Assembly: GCA_964016885.1 (NCBI GenBank)
Contig: OZ024742.1
Coordinates: 324,880,001 to 324,944,000 of the forward strand
Direction: 5' to 3'
Source of the DNA: Eledone cirrhosa
Lineage: Eukaryota
DNA length: 64,000 nt
How positions within the stretch are numbered: the first letter of the stretch is position 1; each line of letters starts with the position of its first letter. Of this stretch, positions 42,546-57,723 are shown one piece after another. A program made the position numbers and the translations under genes. The notes beneath the pieces were generated by a model. The model was not told the DNA's origin. It saw only the letters and a program-made list of their open reading frames with translations, and made no database searches.

Positions 42546-43894
42546 ACATTTCTTCAACTATATATCATAAACCATCGACGTATGCAAAATTAATTAAGAT
42601 AATGTTAATTAACCTCAATATATCAGTCAAATCTTATGTTAAACAAGAATGTCCTTTATAATGTGTCTTCTAAAGAATATGTATATATATATGCACACAC
42701 ACACATATATATGTTTATACATATATATATGTGTGAACTTGTATTAACCTGAAGTTATCAATATATTAAGTACTTTTTGCCATATTGTTTTGATAGATCA
42801 ACAAACGAATAAAAAAAGATTGGAAATATACCAATAATTAAAACAAATTTTGGAACATGACAATTATGGAGGAAAACTAATGCAAGGTTGAATAAAATTC
42901 AATAGTAATAATTGGATTAAGGATACTATATTTACACATTTCAAGGCGTGAAGAAATTAATTCAATAAGATGCCATAGGCCAATATGTTATTATTATTCA
43001 TTTTGCACAATTCTTGGCAATGATGGAAATATCGATAGAAATGAAATTGTCTTATTAATGGTAATGAGGCAATTTACCATTTGTTATTATATATATCGTC
43101 TTGTTTTAAAATCATGATCTTCCCATAAAAAGTCCATAAAAAGCATTATTTACTGGTTTATTCTGGTATTCCTTTGCGTGCTTAAATCATTGGACTACAA
43201 TGATACCTTCGAGGATTTAGTAAATCACATCAAACGCAGCCCTTATTACTTTTTAAGTCTAAAAACTATTTTATTCCACATAAGTTTGATTATTAACTCT
43301 GTTATGGTGATATAAACGAACAGCACACCTTGTTGTGAAATCGATAGTGTCTAAATCTGAAGAGGGGATAGGCTCTGTCAGGTTTCAAATGACTACAAAG
43401 ACGCCCATACGAGCTCATATATATATATGGAACCGGTAATAGACAATTATTAAATATATGTATGAATGTATGTTTGTGTGAAAGTATGTGTGAATGTATG
43501 TATATTTGTGTGAAAGTATACCCTCCCATCTCCAATTAAACCGAACGCTATCATGGCTATGTGTGTGTTTGTGTAAATGTATATGTGTGAATGTATGTAT
43601 GTTTGTGTGAAAGTATATGTGTGAATGTATGTATATTTGTGTGTAAGTATGTATGTTTGTGTGAAAGTATGTGTATTTGTGTGAATTATGTCTGTGAGAG
43701 TGTATTTTTATAAGTTTGTGTTTGCGCAATTATAGTTATATTCTCATAATAGTTATATACTCATATACATATAGATGCATGTATGTGCACAATCATACGC
43801 GTTAGGTGTAGAAAATCATCATCTCTATCTCTCTCATCACACACTCTCACTTTCTATATATACGGTAGTTGAAATGGAGGTGGTGGTGACGATA

Positions 43895-44094
43895 TACCGG
43901 AAGTGTAACTTTGAAAAGATGTCAATTTGAAATTATTTATTTTTACGAAATTATTTTTGTTTACGAAATTTAGTAGATAAATTATGTAATATTCATTCAT
44001 TATTTATTCAAAGTAATCCAACTTATTTTACTAACTGGATAAAAAAAACAAAAACGGACGCAATCCCGCAGACCTTCCTTTATTATAGTTTAGA
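43895..44094 (-). mobile_element. Non-autonomous Helitron-like 5' fragment
   Basis: Starts ATCTAAACTATAATAAAG on the minus strand; homologous to about 46020-46228. Confidence 0.45.
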
Positions 44095-44642
44095 TGTAAG
44101 TATAAACTTTGACATAAATATTGGAGTAAAGAGTCACAAACGGTCTCTTCACAAATTCTGCCGTGTCTGCGAAACCCCTGCATTCACCTTATCTCTAAAT
44201 AATCTAACAATATGAAATTACGCAACATCGGCGTTAATGAAACACCACTTCCGTACTTCCTTCCCTTGTATGGCCACAGAAAAGATATAGTATTGATGTG
44301 AGCCGTCGGAATCCTAGTGTCTCCCATGGAGTTACATTCCTCCTTGCAGTGTCACGTAATGAAAGTCATTATCTTCGTTGTTCACTGAAAGGCAACACAC
44401 TATGTATGCAGCATCAGTCCACAAAGGTATAATGTCTCACGATTTTAAGAGAATGATACTAGATAGTTGAATGCATCTACTTCACTATATTTTCTAAGCA
44501 ATATTAACCAGAATTTCATGAAAATAATAATACTATATAATAAATATGCTATTTTTAGATTACCAATGAATACATTTTCATGAATTATTTGAACATCGTT
44601 TTATATTCAGAAATTTAAATACTCTCTCTTAATCTAAAATAC

Positions 44643-44739
<97 letters not shown>

Positions 44740-44795
44740 ACCACATACACACACACACGCACACACACAGACACACACACGCGCACACACACGCG

Positions 44796-44830
<35 letters not shown>

Positions 44831-45407
44831 TAATGAGAACCCACAAAAAAGTAACACAAGTAATATTTCGATATTACATTATTTTACTTCACTTACTATT
44901 TTTATGTTCAACTTGCTACTTGGATAATACGTTATAAAAAATTGTGCTCCAAATTTATAGATTCCGAAATATTGATTCCAACTTTAAATTTAGTAGATGG
45001 AATATAGGAATGAAAATTAAATTATTGAATTATGAAAAAATATTTTAAACATATGTTCTGTTTCAGATTAACCTTGAAATTACCTTCATTCGAAGTTATG
45101 ATATTTTAGTATGCGCAGACATTTCTTAACAAATAAGTTCTGCGAAATATTGCTACTGGAAATATATATATAAAAATGCGACGAGTAAAAGGAAAAGGAA
45201 AGAAACAGAAAATAGGAAATAAGGAAAAAGTTGAAATGAGTTGAAGAAAGAAAATAGACAACAAAATAAAACATACATTCATAAATATGTGACAACTGCA
45301 ATTTAACTTTGGTATTATACAAATATTACAATTTTCATTTCTAACAGAACTAAAAATATGAATGAGGAAAGCATAAACATGAACTCTTGTAATATTAGTA
45401 ATTTTTG

Positions 45408-46338
45408 GGAAGAGGCTATTTTGCCGGTGCCGGTAAAATAGTACCGTAGGCTATTTTGCCCGGAAGAGTGTCAGACACAATGCTTTGCAGCATGCAGTTG
45501 TGACCCTTTACGGTCTGAGTTCAAATCCCACCAAGATTAGCTTTATCTTTCCTTCTTACGGGGTGGATAAAATAAAACACTAGTAATGTACTGGGGTCGA
45601 TTTAATTGAGTTTCGCATCTCGCAAAATTGTTGGCCTTGTACCTAATTCAGAAAACATTATTATGAAGGCAGGTTATGTTAAAAATAACAAGACTCAGAT
45701 TTAAAATAAATTTATTTATTTTCACCACCAATTATTAATATAACAGGCAGAAAAACCACCCTTAGGGGGTGGTTTCCTGCTAGCGTGTTTAGTGTGCATA
45801 TTCATATTATACGCAAGTATATATACATGTAGGTATGATACATCAAATAAAATCGTAATTGACAATATACACAGAAATTGAACGAAGACTGTGTTACACT
45901 GTCTTATGTAACCAGTAACGTAATCCATGATACATTAAACAAAGACGATATTATATATAAACTGCATTAGGCGAAAATTAGTGACGGAAATATATGAATG
46001 TTTATTTAAGCGAAGGCTAACCGGAAGTGTTGACATTTGAAAATTTTAAAGAAGTGAATCTTTAAATAAGCAATAAAATATATTTAATCAACAGCCACGT
46101 AATTCACTAGATAAATTATGTGATATTCATTCTTTATTTATTCAAAGTAACCCAACTTATTTTACTAACTGTATTAAAAGAAATAAACCGTACGCAGTCC
46201 CGCACTCCTTACTTTATTATAGTTTAGATTTAAACTCTGACCCAGACCTTATCGCTAAGCCAAACCAAACACTAATACAATCTATTTTTACCGGCAAACT
46301 AGCCAAAATTACTGGGACCGGCGAAATAGCCTATTCGG
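45408..46338. mobile_element. MITE-like element containing a nested SINE (about 45465-45660) and a Helitron-like piece (about 45742-46227)
   Basis: Imperfect TIRs AGGCTATTTTGCCGGTGCCGGTAA and TTACTGGGACCGGCGAAATAGCCT. GC hairpin AAACCACCC..GGGTGGTTT with CTAG at about 45754-45783. Confidence 0.45.
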
Positions 46339-46417
46339 TAAAAACATTAAAAACTCATCTCCACAGGTATTGCAACGTATAAAAAATTCGGTTCCAATGT
46401 TCTTCCTGCATTTTACA

Positions 46418-46598
46418 TAATTGTTTCTACTTTTGGCACAAGACCAGCAATTACTCAGTGCATTACTTGTTTTATCAACTCCTTAAGGATGAAAGGCAAA
46501 GTTAACCTCGGGTGATTTGAACTCAGAACGAAAAGGGACATAACTCTATGCTGCAAAGCATGGCATGTGACACCCTACCGACACTGCCAATCCACTGC
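46418..46598 (-). mobile_element. tRNA-derived SINE
   Basis: Same family as 436-630. Confidence 0.8.
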
Positions 46599-46799
46599 CC
46601 TAATGGAACCGCTAACTACAGTCTACCCCTTTATATTCGTAAAGCAGAGTGGGTTCAAATGAGAGAAAAGAGCAATCAGCACATAATGTCGAAAATGTTA
46701 CTATTCCTTGGTGTATCTCAGATGTTATCAAACACATTTCATCTGAAACAGCTAGTTGTATTTACGACTAACAAATCGATTGGTAAAATAAATGAAAGG

Positions 46800-46833
<34 letters not shown>

Positions 46834-46870
46834 ATTCACAAGAATCAAAGCAATGTTCAAAACATTTATT

Positions 46871-46917
46871 CACTTACAATTGTTTCTTCCAAACCTGGGC
46901 TTGGTGTCTTCGGAGCA
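46871..46917 (-). ncRNA. Minimal hammerhead, CCGAAGA core
   Basis: TGCT-CCGAAGA-CA-CCAAGCC ca GGTTTGG-AA-GAAA-CAATTG-TA-AGTG. The sister copy at 49509-49555 has CCGAACA. Confidence 0.65.
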
Positions 46918-46944
46918 ATTTTTAATGTTTGTACATATAATTGA

Positions 46945-48174
46945 CTTCCCAAAATATATACACCTTTTCATAAACCTAACGAAAAACTAATTTATGTAGA
47001 TACCAAGTCTAACCACCCTAGATCAATATTAAACTCTATCACTAAAGGAATATCCAATAGAATCTCTAATCTATCTCATAACGAAACCATATTTAGCAAT
47101 AATTCACAATTCTATAATCAGGCATTAGCTAAATCAAGTTATAATAATGAGATTGAGTTCCTACCTATAAAAACACATAGTTACAACATTATTTCTCACA
47201 AAATGACCATGAGGAAAAATAGTAATAGGGGTAATAACCACACTCACACTAAAACGAAGGGTAGCATCAAACGCAACTCGCACCAGAGAAGACAGCAAAA
47301 TACTGTAAACGGAAATACCTCAATAGATATAAAAAACAAAAATAGAAGAAGAACTAATACATTTTTCAACCCCCCTTTCAATCTAAACGTCTCTACCAAC
47401 CTACCTAAGGCTTTCTTCTCAATTCTGGATAAAAACTTCCCATCTGGCCACAAGTACCATAGCCTTATAAATAAAAACACCATTAAAATCTCCTACTCTA
47501 CCACACCTAACATAGCATACCACATAGCTAATAGCAATAAAAGAAAGATTAATACTTACTTTCAACAAACTAAAACACAGCAGGGGGTAAACTTTCAAAA
47601 CAACATAACTTCAAACCCTGATATCAATAGTAATAATAGTAATAACACTAATGAAATCAATATCATTATGAACGACTACCCTCATAGCCCTAGCAACCAG
47701 ACTTCTACACAACATAATAACCGACAGGATAACATCCAAAATAAATGTAACTGTAGATCTAATAGAACCTGCCCTTTGGGTAAAAACTGCTTAATCAAGG
47801 ACATCATTTACTCATGCACGGTCAGAACTAGCAACTCTTCTGAAACATATATAGGCTCTACTTTGAACTGCTTCAAAATGAGATACAACTCACATCTCCA
47901 TTCTTTCAGAAAACACAATCTAGCCAACTTCACTTCACTATCTAGCTACATACACTATCTGAAAACTAGGAATAGATCATATACACTTCAATGGGAGGTG
48001 GTAGGTAGGGCTGCATCGTATAAACCACCTAATACATTCTGTAACCTATGTCTACTAGAGACCCATACTATAATCTTTTCGAATCTTAACCTGCTTAATA
48101 AAAAATCGGAAGTGTTTGCGTCGTGCCAACACCGCTTCCGACTCTCTTTCCAAAATGTTAAACCTAGTATATAA
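46945..48174 (+). pseudogene. PLE RT thumb, linker and GIY-YIG; open frame, 5'-truncated
   Basis: The frame is open upstream of 47203 (YTPFHKPNEKLIYVDTKSNHPRSIL..ISNRIS..YNQAL), then FNPPF, CNCR..CPL, YIGST, CNLCLLE and LNKKSE. Confidence 0.9.
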
Positions 48175-49724
48175 CAATGTAAGATTTGAACTCATCACCA
48201 CTTTTAGCACTGCACCTCAAGGGCTTGCCTTCAACCACGACACACACTCTCTGATCGACCATTTCCTCTACGCAAATCATTCTATTTATAACTTTAGAAC
48301 CTAGAAATATCACCACCCTTTAATATAATTACTTTTGATTACTTATAATTATATAGGAATTGAAATATAATACAGTTTATATAAACTTTAAATATTAGAT
48401 ACAACAATGAATTTGTAATTAAATGTATAGAGTAATAACATAGGGAATATATAGGATTAATTTATTAACATAAGGGATTTGACTAACTTATATGCAATAT
48501 TGAACAATGAATTAGATATGAATTATATATGCATTTATAACTAAATGGATAGATTAATGACATTGTATATGGGGGATAAATTTGTTTACTCAAGAGATGT
48601 ATCTAATTTTATCATGCAAACAGCCGTACGCTGTTCCATAGCTTACCTAAGGTTATGTAAACAAAAATCTAATTGGACCTTTAATATGTTTTGAGAGTAG
48701 ACTGTATTTAGAGTGAATTTGATATAAAGATATAGCACTTTGGGTGGTAATTCAATTATAGCACTATATAATAAGGAGTAAACAACTTCCTATAGATACC
48801 TTTAATACATTATGAGAGAGCAGACTTAATTTAAAATTAAATATAAATATATACCCTTTCATATAAGGGACTCAATTGAGGCACCATATAATGTATGTTA
48901 GAACAATGAATTTAGTTATGAGAATCAGCTAGTTACCTCCCCTTACGCATTAGCTCCCCTTAATTACATACCTACTTCCGGATAATAAACCGCTATAAAT
49001 TCTCACAGCCGAAAGAACCTATTCTATAAATATGGATTAAATAACACTAAGCTCCAATACGTTACAATCCTTTACTGCAACAAACATTCAATACGAATAC
49101 ATCGTAACATATATGATGAATGTGAAAACATACTAATTTGATCTATACAAAAAATGCCCCCCACCCCCACTGCAACCACCATAATACCCTTGCTTACCCG
49201 CTTAAGGTGCTTGTATTACATACAATACCTTGCCACACAATACTCTTATATAAATGAGACACATTTGCATGCTCCATGTATGACTAACGCCTACACTTTC
49301 TACTAGATCTGATTATTGAACTATTCTCCTGCATTATCTGTGTTATCTGTCGCATGTATTTTAACTTTGATTTTAATTTGAATTACTGTATAAATATAGT
49401 ATAGTTTAATATATGTCGCTCCACACTGTACATCAATATATATATATATGTATCTGTATGTCTCTTGCTTTGACTGAGAAGTCAATTATATGTACAAACA
49501 TTAAAAATTGCTCCGAACACTCCAAGCCCAGGTCTGGAAGAAACAATTGTAAGTGAATAAATGTTTTGAACATAGCGTTGATTCTTGTGAATTCTATATA
49601 ACTGCTCTGTAGAACAACTGATGTTATTACATTGAGCTATTTATCTTACTGGTAATAAGGTAGTAATAAATTACTGACCTTCCCTGTTTATAGTTTAAAA
49701 TATACATAACTATAAATAGTATCC

Positions 49725-49801
<77 letters not shown>

Positions 49802-50006
49802 TATCTGTTTCATTCGAAGGAAATCATGGTGATTTCCTTCAAATGAAACAGTCCTAGTCTTGTAGAAGCCATTTCTATATTTCAAATTTATACTCTGCTA
49901 TATATTGAGTACCTTACTGACTGTGGTTACCCCCGATTGAACCCGGTATACACACACACACACATACACACACACGCACACACATACACACACATACATA
50001 TATACA

Positions 50007-50057
<51 letters not shown>

Positions 50058-50167
50058 TGTATTGATTGCGTATATTAGACAAAAACAGACTTACACACAC
50101 ACTCACAGACAGAGACACAGACACAGACACGTACACACACACGTAAACACACACGTACACACACACA

Positions 50168-50244
<77 letters not shown>

Positions 50245-50257
<13 letters not shown>

Positions 50258-53200
50258 GGTAGATGTCTGTCTGTGTGTGTGTGTATGATTTTTATGCCAT
50301 ATTTCTCTACCGATCTTGATGATTTATTTTTCCTATGTGCTCCAAATTTACCAGGGCAGGTCAACGTGTAATTACTTTTGCCAAACATTTCCTGCTTCTA
50401 TGAAAGAGAATCGATAAAACTAAATACATGCTGTAACCCTCTCTCTTACACCCTTCATTCCTCTCACTACCCTCAATCTCCTCCGCAATTCTCTTAAAAA
50501 GATTACTGCATCCGTCTCTGAAGGAACGCGACACAAACTTTGATAAATCTCTCTCTTACACGCTTTCATTCCTCTCACTACCCTCAATCTCCCCTGCAAC
50601 TCTCTTTAAAAGGTTACTGCCTCCGTCTCCATTACAGTTTAGAACGACGACAAATCTTCTCTCTCTATAATAGATCATTCACCTCTTCGTTTGTCATACA
50701 TCAAATATCAAAATTTAAAAGGCCGATAACACAAAATACATATTGCTCTCTCAAAGTTACATTTTACATCAAATAACAAATATTCCAAAGCAACAGATGA
50801 TTTTATAAAACAACAAACGTAACAATAACGACGCTTAAGCGTTCATTTACTTGAATTTCAACAAATACATTATATTTTATTGTTATCCTTTTTGTAATTT
50901 TTCTTTCTTTGTTTTTCTCAATATGAGACAAAAAATTTATGAGAAAACTTTTTTAACCAACGTCCGATTTCGATGATTTATTTTCCAGTGTGCTCGAAAA
51001 TAACGCCCCAGTTTACGCTCTTTTGTGCTATAACTCAGACAGGCTTGGCTTACAGGTTTGACCTATTATTTGACGTGCATTCTTCATAGATCTTACTTAG
51101 TACTCACTTTCCACTTACTCACCGTTCAATTGAAAGTTTTGGCTACTCCCCCTTTCATGCTCCATTACCTGCATAAATATTTACGTGTTCGGTCCTGTTA
51201 CAATATAGTACTCACTTTAAACTAATTCAAAATTCATTTGAAAATTTTCGCTACCAAACACATTCTTTGAATCTACGGTCATGTCACCCCAAAAAAGACC
51301 ACGACTTAGTCGCCAAACTAAAGCTGCTTCTGCTGCCAAACGAAGAAGAGCTACAGAGTTGTCCGTAGAAAAATTGACTCGGTTGTCACAAAATGCAACT
51401 CGAAATGCAATTACCCGGGCAACCGAGACAGAAAAAATAGAGGAGCATCCGCCTTTCCGGAAATGCATTTGAAACTGCAGCTGCACGTGCAGGCAAACTG
51501 ATGAACAACATTCTCGACGACGAAGGAAAAATGCGGCCTCCACCGCTGCGGCACGTGACGGTGGGGACGAAGAACACCGTTACAGTCGACGACAAAGAGA
51601 TGCCGCCTCAACTACTGCGTCACGTGCTGCCGAAGACGAAGGGCAGCATTCCAGACGTCAACGTACGGACGCCGCTTCAACAGCTTCCGTTCGCGCATCA
51701 GAGACTGCGCAAATTCAATTACAAAGGCTAAACGCCAACGCACTCCGCAGGAGAGCTAAACGAGGTACCCAGAGGATCAGTTGCACTCAGTGGTCTCATA
51801 AGGCTTTCCACTATGACACAACAGTAAACTATGCACTGATGCCAGAAGTTCAGATTGGATCCATGTCTGTCATTTGCCAATATTGTCGGGTAAAAAAATG
51901 GCCTGGGGAGACTTCAGGGATGTGCTGCTCTGACGGCAAAGTGAAACTGATTCCTCTACAGGAACCACCACAACCTTTGAAGTCTCTACTGACCGGTGCC
52001 ACAGCGGAGTCAGAACACTTCCTTCGATGTTCCAGGAGATACAACGCTGCCTTCCAAATGACCTCTTTCGGAGCTAACATCATACGCGAGGACGGCTTCA
52101 TGCCTACCTTTAAAGTTCAAGGACAAGTTTACCACAAAATCGGTTCGCTACTGCCCAGGACAGACGGACAGCCCCAGTTCCTACAGCTATACTTTGTCAC
52201 TGACTATTTGGACCACGTGGAACGACGCGCTTCAATTTCGCTTGGCACAGACATGAAAATTCTGTTGCAACTCCAGAGAATGTTGCACAAAAACAACAAC
52301 TACATACGCAGTTTTAAATGCGCATTGGAGGCTGCTCCGTTGCCAAATTTTGCTGTTATAATCAACACTGACAGGAAACCACCAGGCACCCACGCCAGAC
52401 GTTTTAATACTCCCACGTGCAATGAAATAGCTGTGCTTCTTCATGGAGAACAGTACAACAAGCGGGACATCATACTTCAGTGTAGGGACAATAGTCTGAA
52501 ACGGATCAGCGAGACGCAAAGGTCCTACGACGCATTCCAATATCCCCTACTTCTCCCATTCGGTGACGACGGATACCACTTTGGAATTCCTTTGTGCAAC
52601 AGCAACAAAACTGTTTCCTCTATGCAATTCTACACCTACCGATTCATGGTCCACGAATGCTGCTTTAACCAACTCCACCGTGCAAGAGTACTCTTCAACC
52701 AGCTTGTGTAAACGCGTGCGCAAAGATGGAATCTGAAAGGCTGTGCTACATAAGGAACAATCAAGCACGCCTTCGTTCGGACAGCTACATTCACTTACGG
52801 GATGGAGTAAGGAATGACGTCGATCCCGAGAACCTAGGAAAACATTGTATCCTTCCGTCGACCTTCATTGGGAGTCTCCGATACATGAGTGAACGCACAC
52901 AGGATGCTATGACGTACGTGCGTCTCTACGGGAGACCGGATCTCTTCATCACTTCAACATGCAACCCGTAGTGGAATGACAAAGGGCGTCAGACAGACAC
53001 GATCTTACGGCACGAGTCTTTCACTTGAAGTTGAAAAATTTGTTGAAATCCTAAAATCAGGTAAGGCCTTTGGACCTGTTAGGTGCTACGTATACACCGT
53101 TGAGTGGCAAAAGAGAGGCCTGCCACACGCTCACCTACTCATTCGGCTGATAACGAAAACCAACGCTAGCAGCATTGACAGCATCATTTCAGCAGAAATA

Positions 53201-56036
53201 CCCGACCCAAAATTGGACAGAGAACTCCACAACATCGTCACTGATCACATGGTTCATGGGCCATGCGGAAACGGTTTCAACATGAATTCTCCATGCATTA
53301 AAGAAAGAAGGTGCACCAAGAGGCATCCTAGGCCATTCCTCCGAGATACTCGGACAGGTGAGACGGTTTTCCATTACACCGCCGCAGGGAGCCAGCGGAC
53401 GGAGGAACTGTTTCGAAAGCACCACATCACAACGTCGACAAACGGTGGATTGGACCCTACTGCCCACTTCTGCTTAAATTGTTTAACGCCCACATTAACG
53501 TTGAATACTGCCACTCCATCAAATCAATAAAGTACGTCTGCAAGTATATCAATAAGGGGTCCGATGCTGCGTCCTTTGGTCTTACAATGGAGAACAACCG
53601 CGACGAAGTAACTCGATACCAAGTCGGCCGATTCATCAGCAGCAATGAAGCGTTCTGGCGATTCTTCAACTTTGCAATACACCATAACTAGCCCCCAATC
53701 AAACAGTTGGAGGTGCACCTTGTACACGGTCAAAGAGTCTACTTCACCGCCTCCACCGCTGCTGAGATAGCAGAGGAACCCAAGGACACCACACTTACGG
53801 CATTTTTTAAGTTATGCCTAAACGATCCCTTCGCCAATACCATCTTCTACTCTCAGGTGCCATCATACTACACATGGAACACAGACAACAGAATTTGGTT
53901 AAGAAGGGTGAAAGGACAACCCGTCGAGGGACATCCAGACATTAAAATGTCCCCTACCCTTGGGAGAGTGTACACCATTCATCCTAACCAACAGGAATGC
54001 CTTTATCTCCGCCTTCTACACCATGACGTGGTAGGACCGACAGCTTTCGACGATCTGAAAACAATCAACGGAGAGCTTTGTACTTCATTCCACGCAGCCT
54101 GCCTTAGACGGGGTCTACTAGAAGATGGCGCTCAGTGGGATGCGACATTGGCGGAGGCAGATACAATACGCTCAGCGTGAACTCTTCGGCAACTCTTTGT
54201 TGTGCTACTGCAGACATGCGAGTTAAGCGACCCTGCATCCTTATGGGACAAATACAAAGAGGACCTTTCCGATGACTACATACACCAAGGACAACTGCTA
54301 CTCCCTCATCCGACGTACGAATCAGCGACGAATTCTTCAACAAAGTTCTCATTGACATCGAGGACAAAATCCTAACTGCCGGCGGAAATGACCTTCCATT
54401 CTATGGACGACCAAAAGTTCAGCGAACGGGCTCCGACATACTTCCGACGGGCATAATTCAGGAAACTGCCTACGACGTCCACGCTCTCGAACTGTTCATC
54501 AACGAAAACGAGCCGAAATTGTTGCAGGACCAACGGCAGGCGTATGGCACAGTTTGCACTTCCATTCGTCAACGCAGAGGAGGTATATTCTTTTTGGACG
54601 CCCCAAGAGGAACTGGTAAAACATTCGTCAATAAACTCCTCCTCGCCAAAGTGCGACAGCAGAAAGGAATCGCCCTGGCTGTGGCTTCTTCTGACATTGC
54701 CGCAACTCTGCTGCCCGGAGGTAGGACAGCTCATTCCACATTTAAACTGCCATTCAACACGACTTCAGACGACACAATAACCTGCAACATCACCAAGGAC
54801 GCTGACAAAGTCGAAGTCTTGAAAATATGCCACCTAATTGTGTGGGACTAATGCACAATGGCCCATAAAGGGTCCCTTGAGGCGTTAGACAAGACCCTAC
54901 GAGACAACAGGGAATGCAACCGGCCGATGGGAGGAGTACCTCTACTGCTGTATGGCGATTTTCGACAAACTCTTCCAGTTGTCCCAAAAGCCACCAGGGC
55001 CGACACTGTGGGGGCTTGCATTAAGTCATCTCCCCTGTGCAGGAAGTGACAATCCTGACCCTCACAACAAACATGAGAGCCCAACTGCTCGGCGACCACT
55101 CAGCAGCCGACTTCTCAAAGGACCTCTTAACAGTTGGTGACGGCACTGCACCTTCAGATGCAGCTGGAGAAATGGCAGTCTCGCGAGTAGGCACCGTTGT
55201 AGACACTGTTGACGACCTCACAGCCTCTGTCTTTCCCGATATGGCGACCAACTACAAAAACACGAGTTGGCTATGCGATAGAGCCATATTGGCTCCCAAA
55301 AATATCTCAGTTGCAAAAATCAATGAGGACCTTCTGCATAATTCCTGGAACCTCCGTACCTACAAATCTGTGGACAAAGTGGTGGACAAAGATGAGGTTG
55401 ACGATTTTCCAACAGAATTCCTCAATTCCTTGGACCTCTCTGGACTGCCACCTCATGGGAATCCAGTCATGCTGTTAGGAACCTGGAACCACTACGTCTC
55501 TGCAACGTAGCACGGTTAGTGGTAAGAAACTTCCTGACGGATGTAATTGAAGCCACAATTCTCACAGGCTGCGCCGCTGGAGAAAACGTCTTCATACCCA
55601 GAATACCATTAACTCCATCAGGTACGGAATACCCCCGTACTCTGCGCCGACTTAATTCCCCGTTAAACTTTGCTTCGCGATGTCAATCAACAAGTCCCAA
55701 GTCCAAACTCTATCAATGGCAGGCCTGCATTTAGCCCAGCCGTGCTTCTCACACGGACAATTATACGTCGCATGCTCAAGAGTGGGATGCAAGCAGAACT
55801 TATTCATACTTGCGCCCAAAGGCAGAACAAAAAATGTGGTCTACATAGAGGTGTTGTGACTCCTCTATTCAGCACCACTGCAGTCTTGCCGGTTTGACAT
55901 ATAGTGAGTAGATGCTATTTTATATTTTCTAACTTACCCGTATTTACTTTCAATGCCTCAATATTCATAATTGAGTGGAAGCATTAAAAGTACTTTAAAG
56001 CAATTAAACTCCGAGCAACGCCGGGCACTTCTGCTA

Positions 56037-56037
<1 letters not shown>
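50245..56037 (+). mobile_element. Near-full-length decayed autonomous Helitron in (TA)n
   Basis: 3' hairpin CCGAGCAACGCCGGG followed by CTAG|T at 56034-56038. The 5' end merges into TA (ATATAAAACGGTAGATGTCTGTCTG), so the start is approximate. RepHel coding remnants inside. Confidence 0.9.
51281..55859 (+). pseudogene. Helitron Rep/Pif1-like helicase (RepHel) with several frameshifts and stops
   Basis: Zn-finger-like CQYC..CC; Rep motifs DLFITSTCNP, VEWQKRGLPHAH and KYVCKYINKG; helicase motifs FLDAPRGTGKTF, IVWD*, GDFRQTLPV, ILAPKN and FSHGQLYVACSRV. Confidence 0.95.
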
Positions 56038-56116
<79 letters not shown>

Positions 56117-56149
56117 TTAGACATATGCATATATATGTATATATAAATA

Positions 56150-56184
<35 letters not shown>

Positions 56185-56236
56185 TTAGACATATGCATAT
56201 ATATGTATATATAAATAAATATATATATATATATAT

Positions 56237-56810
56237 TGAAAGGATAACAAGGACGATTGATTACTCCTTCATTGCATTTATTGGTAGGTGACGCGCGTTT
56301 CGCCACTGATCAACTCAAGGTTCAATCTGTATCGATCCTACTCGACTCAATAATCGGCGGCTTGACGGACCCTTTACAATGCTATAAGAAAATGAAATAC
56401 ATGCTATGTGCTAAAGCCAGAATTTCTAGGGTTTGACAATATGAGTTATTTTGATTGGTGGGAAGGATCAAAGGGATGTACTGGTCTGTAGTTTTTGTAG
56501 GGGGGATGTGATGATGAGATGCTGGTGACGGTAGCTGGCTGTGATGGGCTGTCGTGTGGTGGTGGCGGGATGGTTTTGGCCTGTAGTGTATATGGGGGTG
56601 GATGTGATGATGAAATGTTAGTGACGGTCGCTGGCTGGGATGGGTTGTGGTGTGAGGTTAGTGGGTTGTCGGTAGACGGGTTGGCGTGTGTGGGGTGTGG
56701 CTGTGGTGTTGTTGTTTATGGTAGTGGCGTTTGTGGTGGATGTGTTGGTGGTGTCGAGTCCTTGGGGAGATACATACCTAGACACCCTTACTCTGACAAA
56801 TATGTTCTAT
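56237..56810 (-). mobile_element. PLE-type 3' remnant with degenerate hammerhead (56286-56372)
   Basis: GGGT-CCGTCAA-GCCGCCGAT...ATCAGTGGC-GAAA-CGCGCG-TC-ACCT; core is damaged; (TA)n flanks. Confidence 0.5.
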
Positions 56811-56967
56811 ATATATACATATATGTATACATGCGCATATATACTGATATATATACACACGAACACACCCACATACACACACACACACACCTGCGCCCAC
56901 ACATATCCACACACACATATATATCCATATGCATATATACACACATGTATGTGCATGCGCATATATA

Positions 56968-57723
56968 TAGAAGTGGTGACACAACAGTTAGTTCACCATA
57001 CCGAGAGCAATTGTTTCACCTTCGCAGATCTTCAGCTCGGGATGTGTATGGTTATAGGAACAGGAAGGACAACCGTACGAACGCGCATGCGCAGAAAGTC
57101 GGTCACTTCACACAGGCAATACTAGACTGCGTGCGGGAGGTGTAAGGGAGATAACTGCGAAAGTCCGGAAAGTTTTTAGGTGGAAAATAAAATTAAAAAA
57201 AATTAAAAATAAAATTACAAAGAATCAGTCCGGAGCCTTGTAGTTATGCAATAGATGTTTGGTGACGTATGGACAACGTGTGAAAAATTCACTTCTCGTG
57301 TTTAGGCAATCACTATTGCGTAATCACTAGTGCGTAATCTCGAGAAGTGAATTTTTCACACGTTGTCGACACGTCACCTAACATCTATTGCATAACTACA
57401 AGGCTCCGGACTGATTCTTTGTAATTTTATTTTTAATTTTTTAAACTTTTATTTTCAACCTAAAAACTTTCGCAATTATCTCCCTTACATCTCCCGCACG
57501 CATTCTAGTATTGCCTGTGTGAAGTGACCGAGTTTCTGCGCATGCGCGTTCGTACCGTTGTTCTTCCTGTTCCTATAACCATACACATCCCGAGCTGAAG
57601 ATTCGCGAAGGTGAAACAATTGTTCTCGGTATGGTGAACTAACTGTTGTGTCACCACTTCTACCTAACTCGTCCCTTGGACTGAGTGCTCTATAACAACG
57701 GTTTTTACCTTCTAATGTTCCAC

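Larger units (their letters stand above)
46833..49731 (+). mobile_element. 5'-truncated PLE (family D relative) with an inverted HHR-bearing 3' piece at its 5' junction
   Basis: 46833-46948 is the reverse complement of about 49478-49593. The body encodes the RT thumb and GIY-YIG. (TA)n on both sides. Confidence 0.9.
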
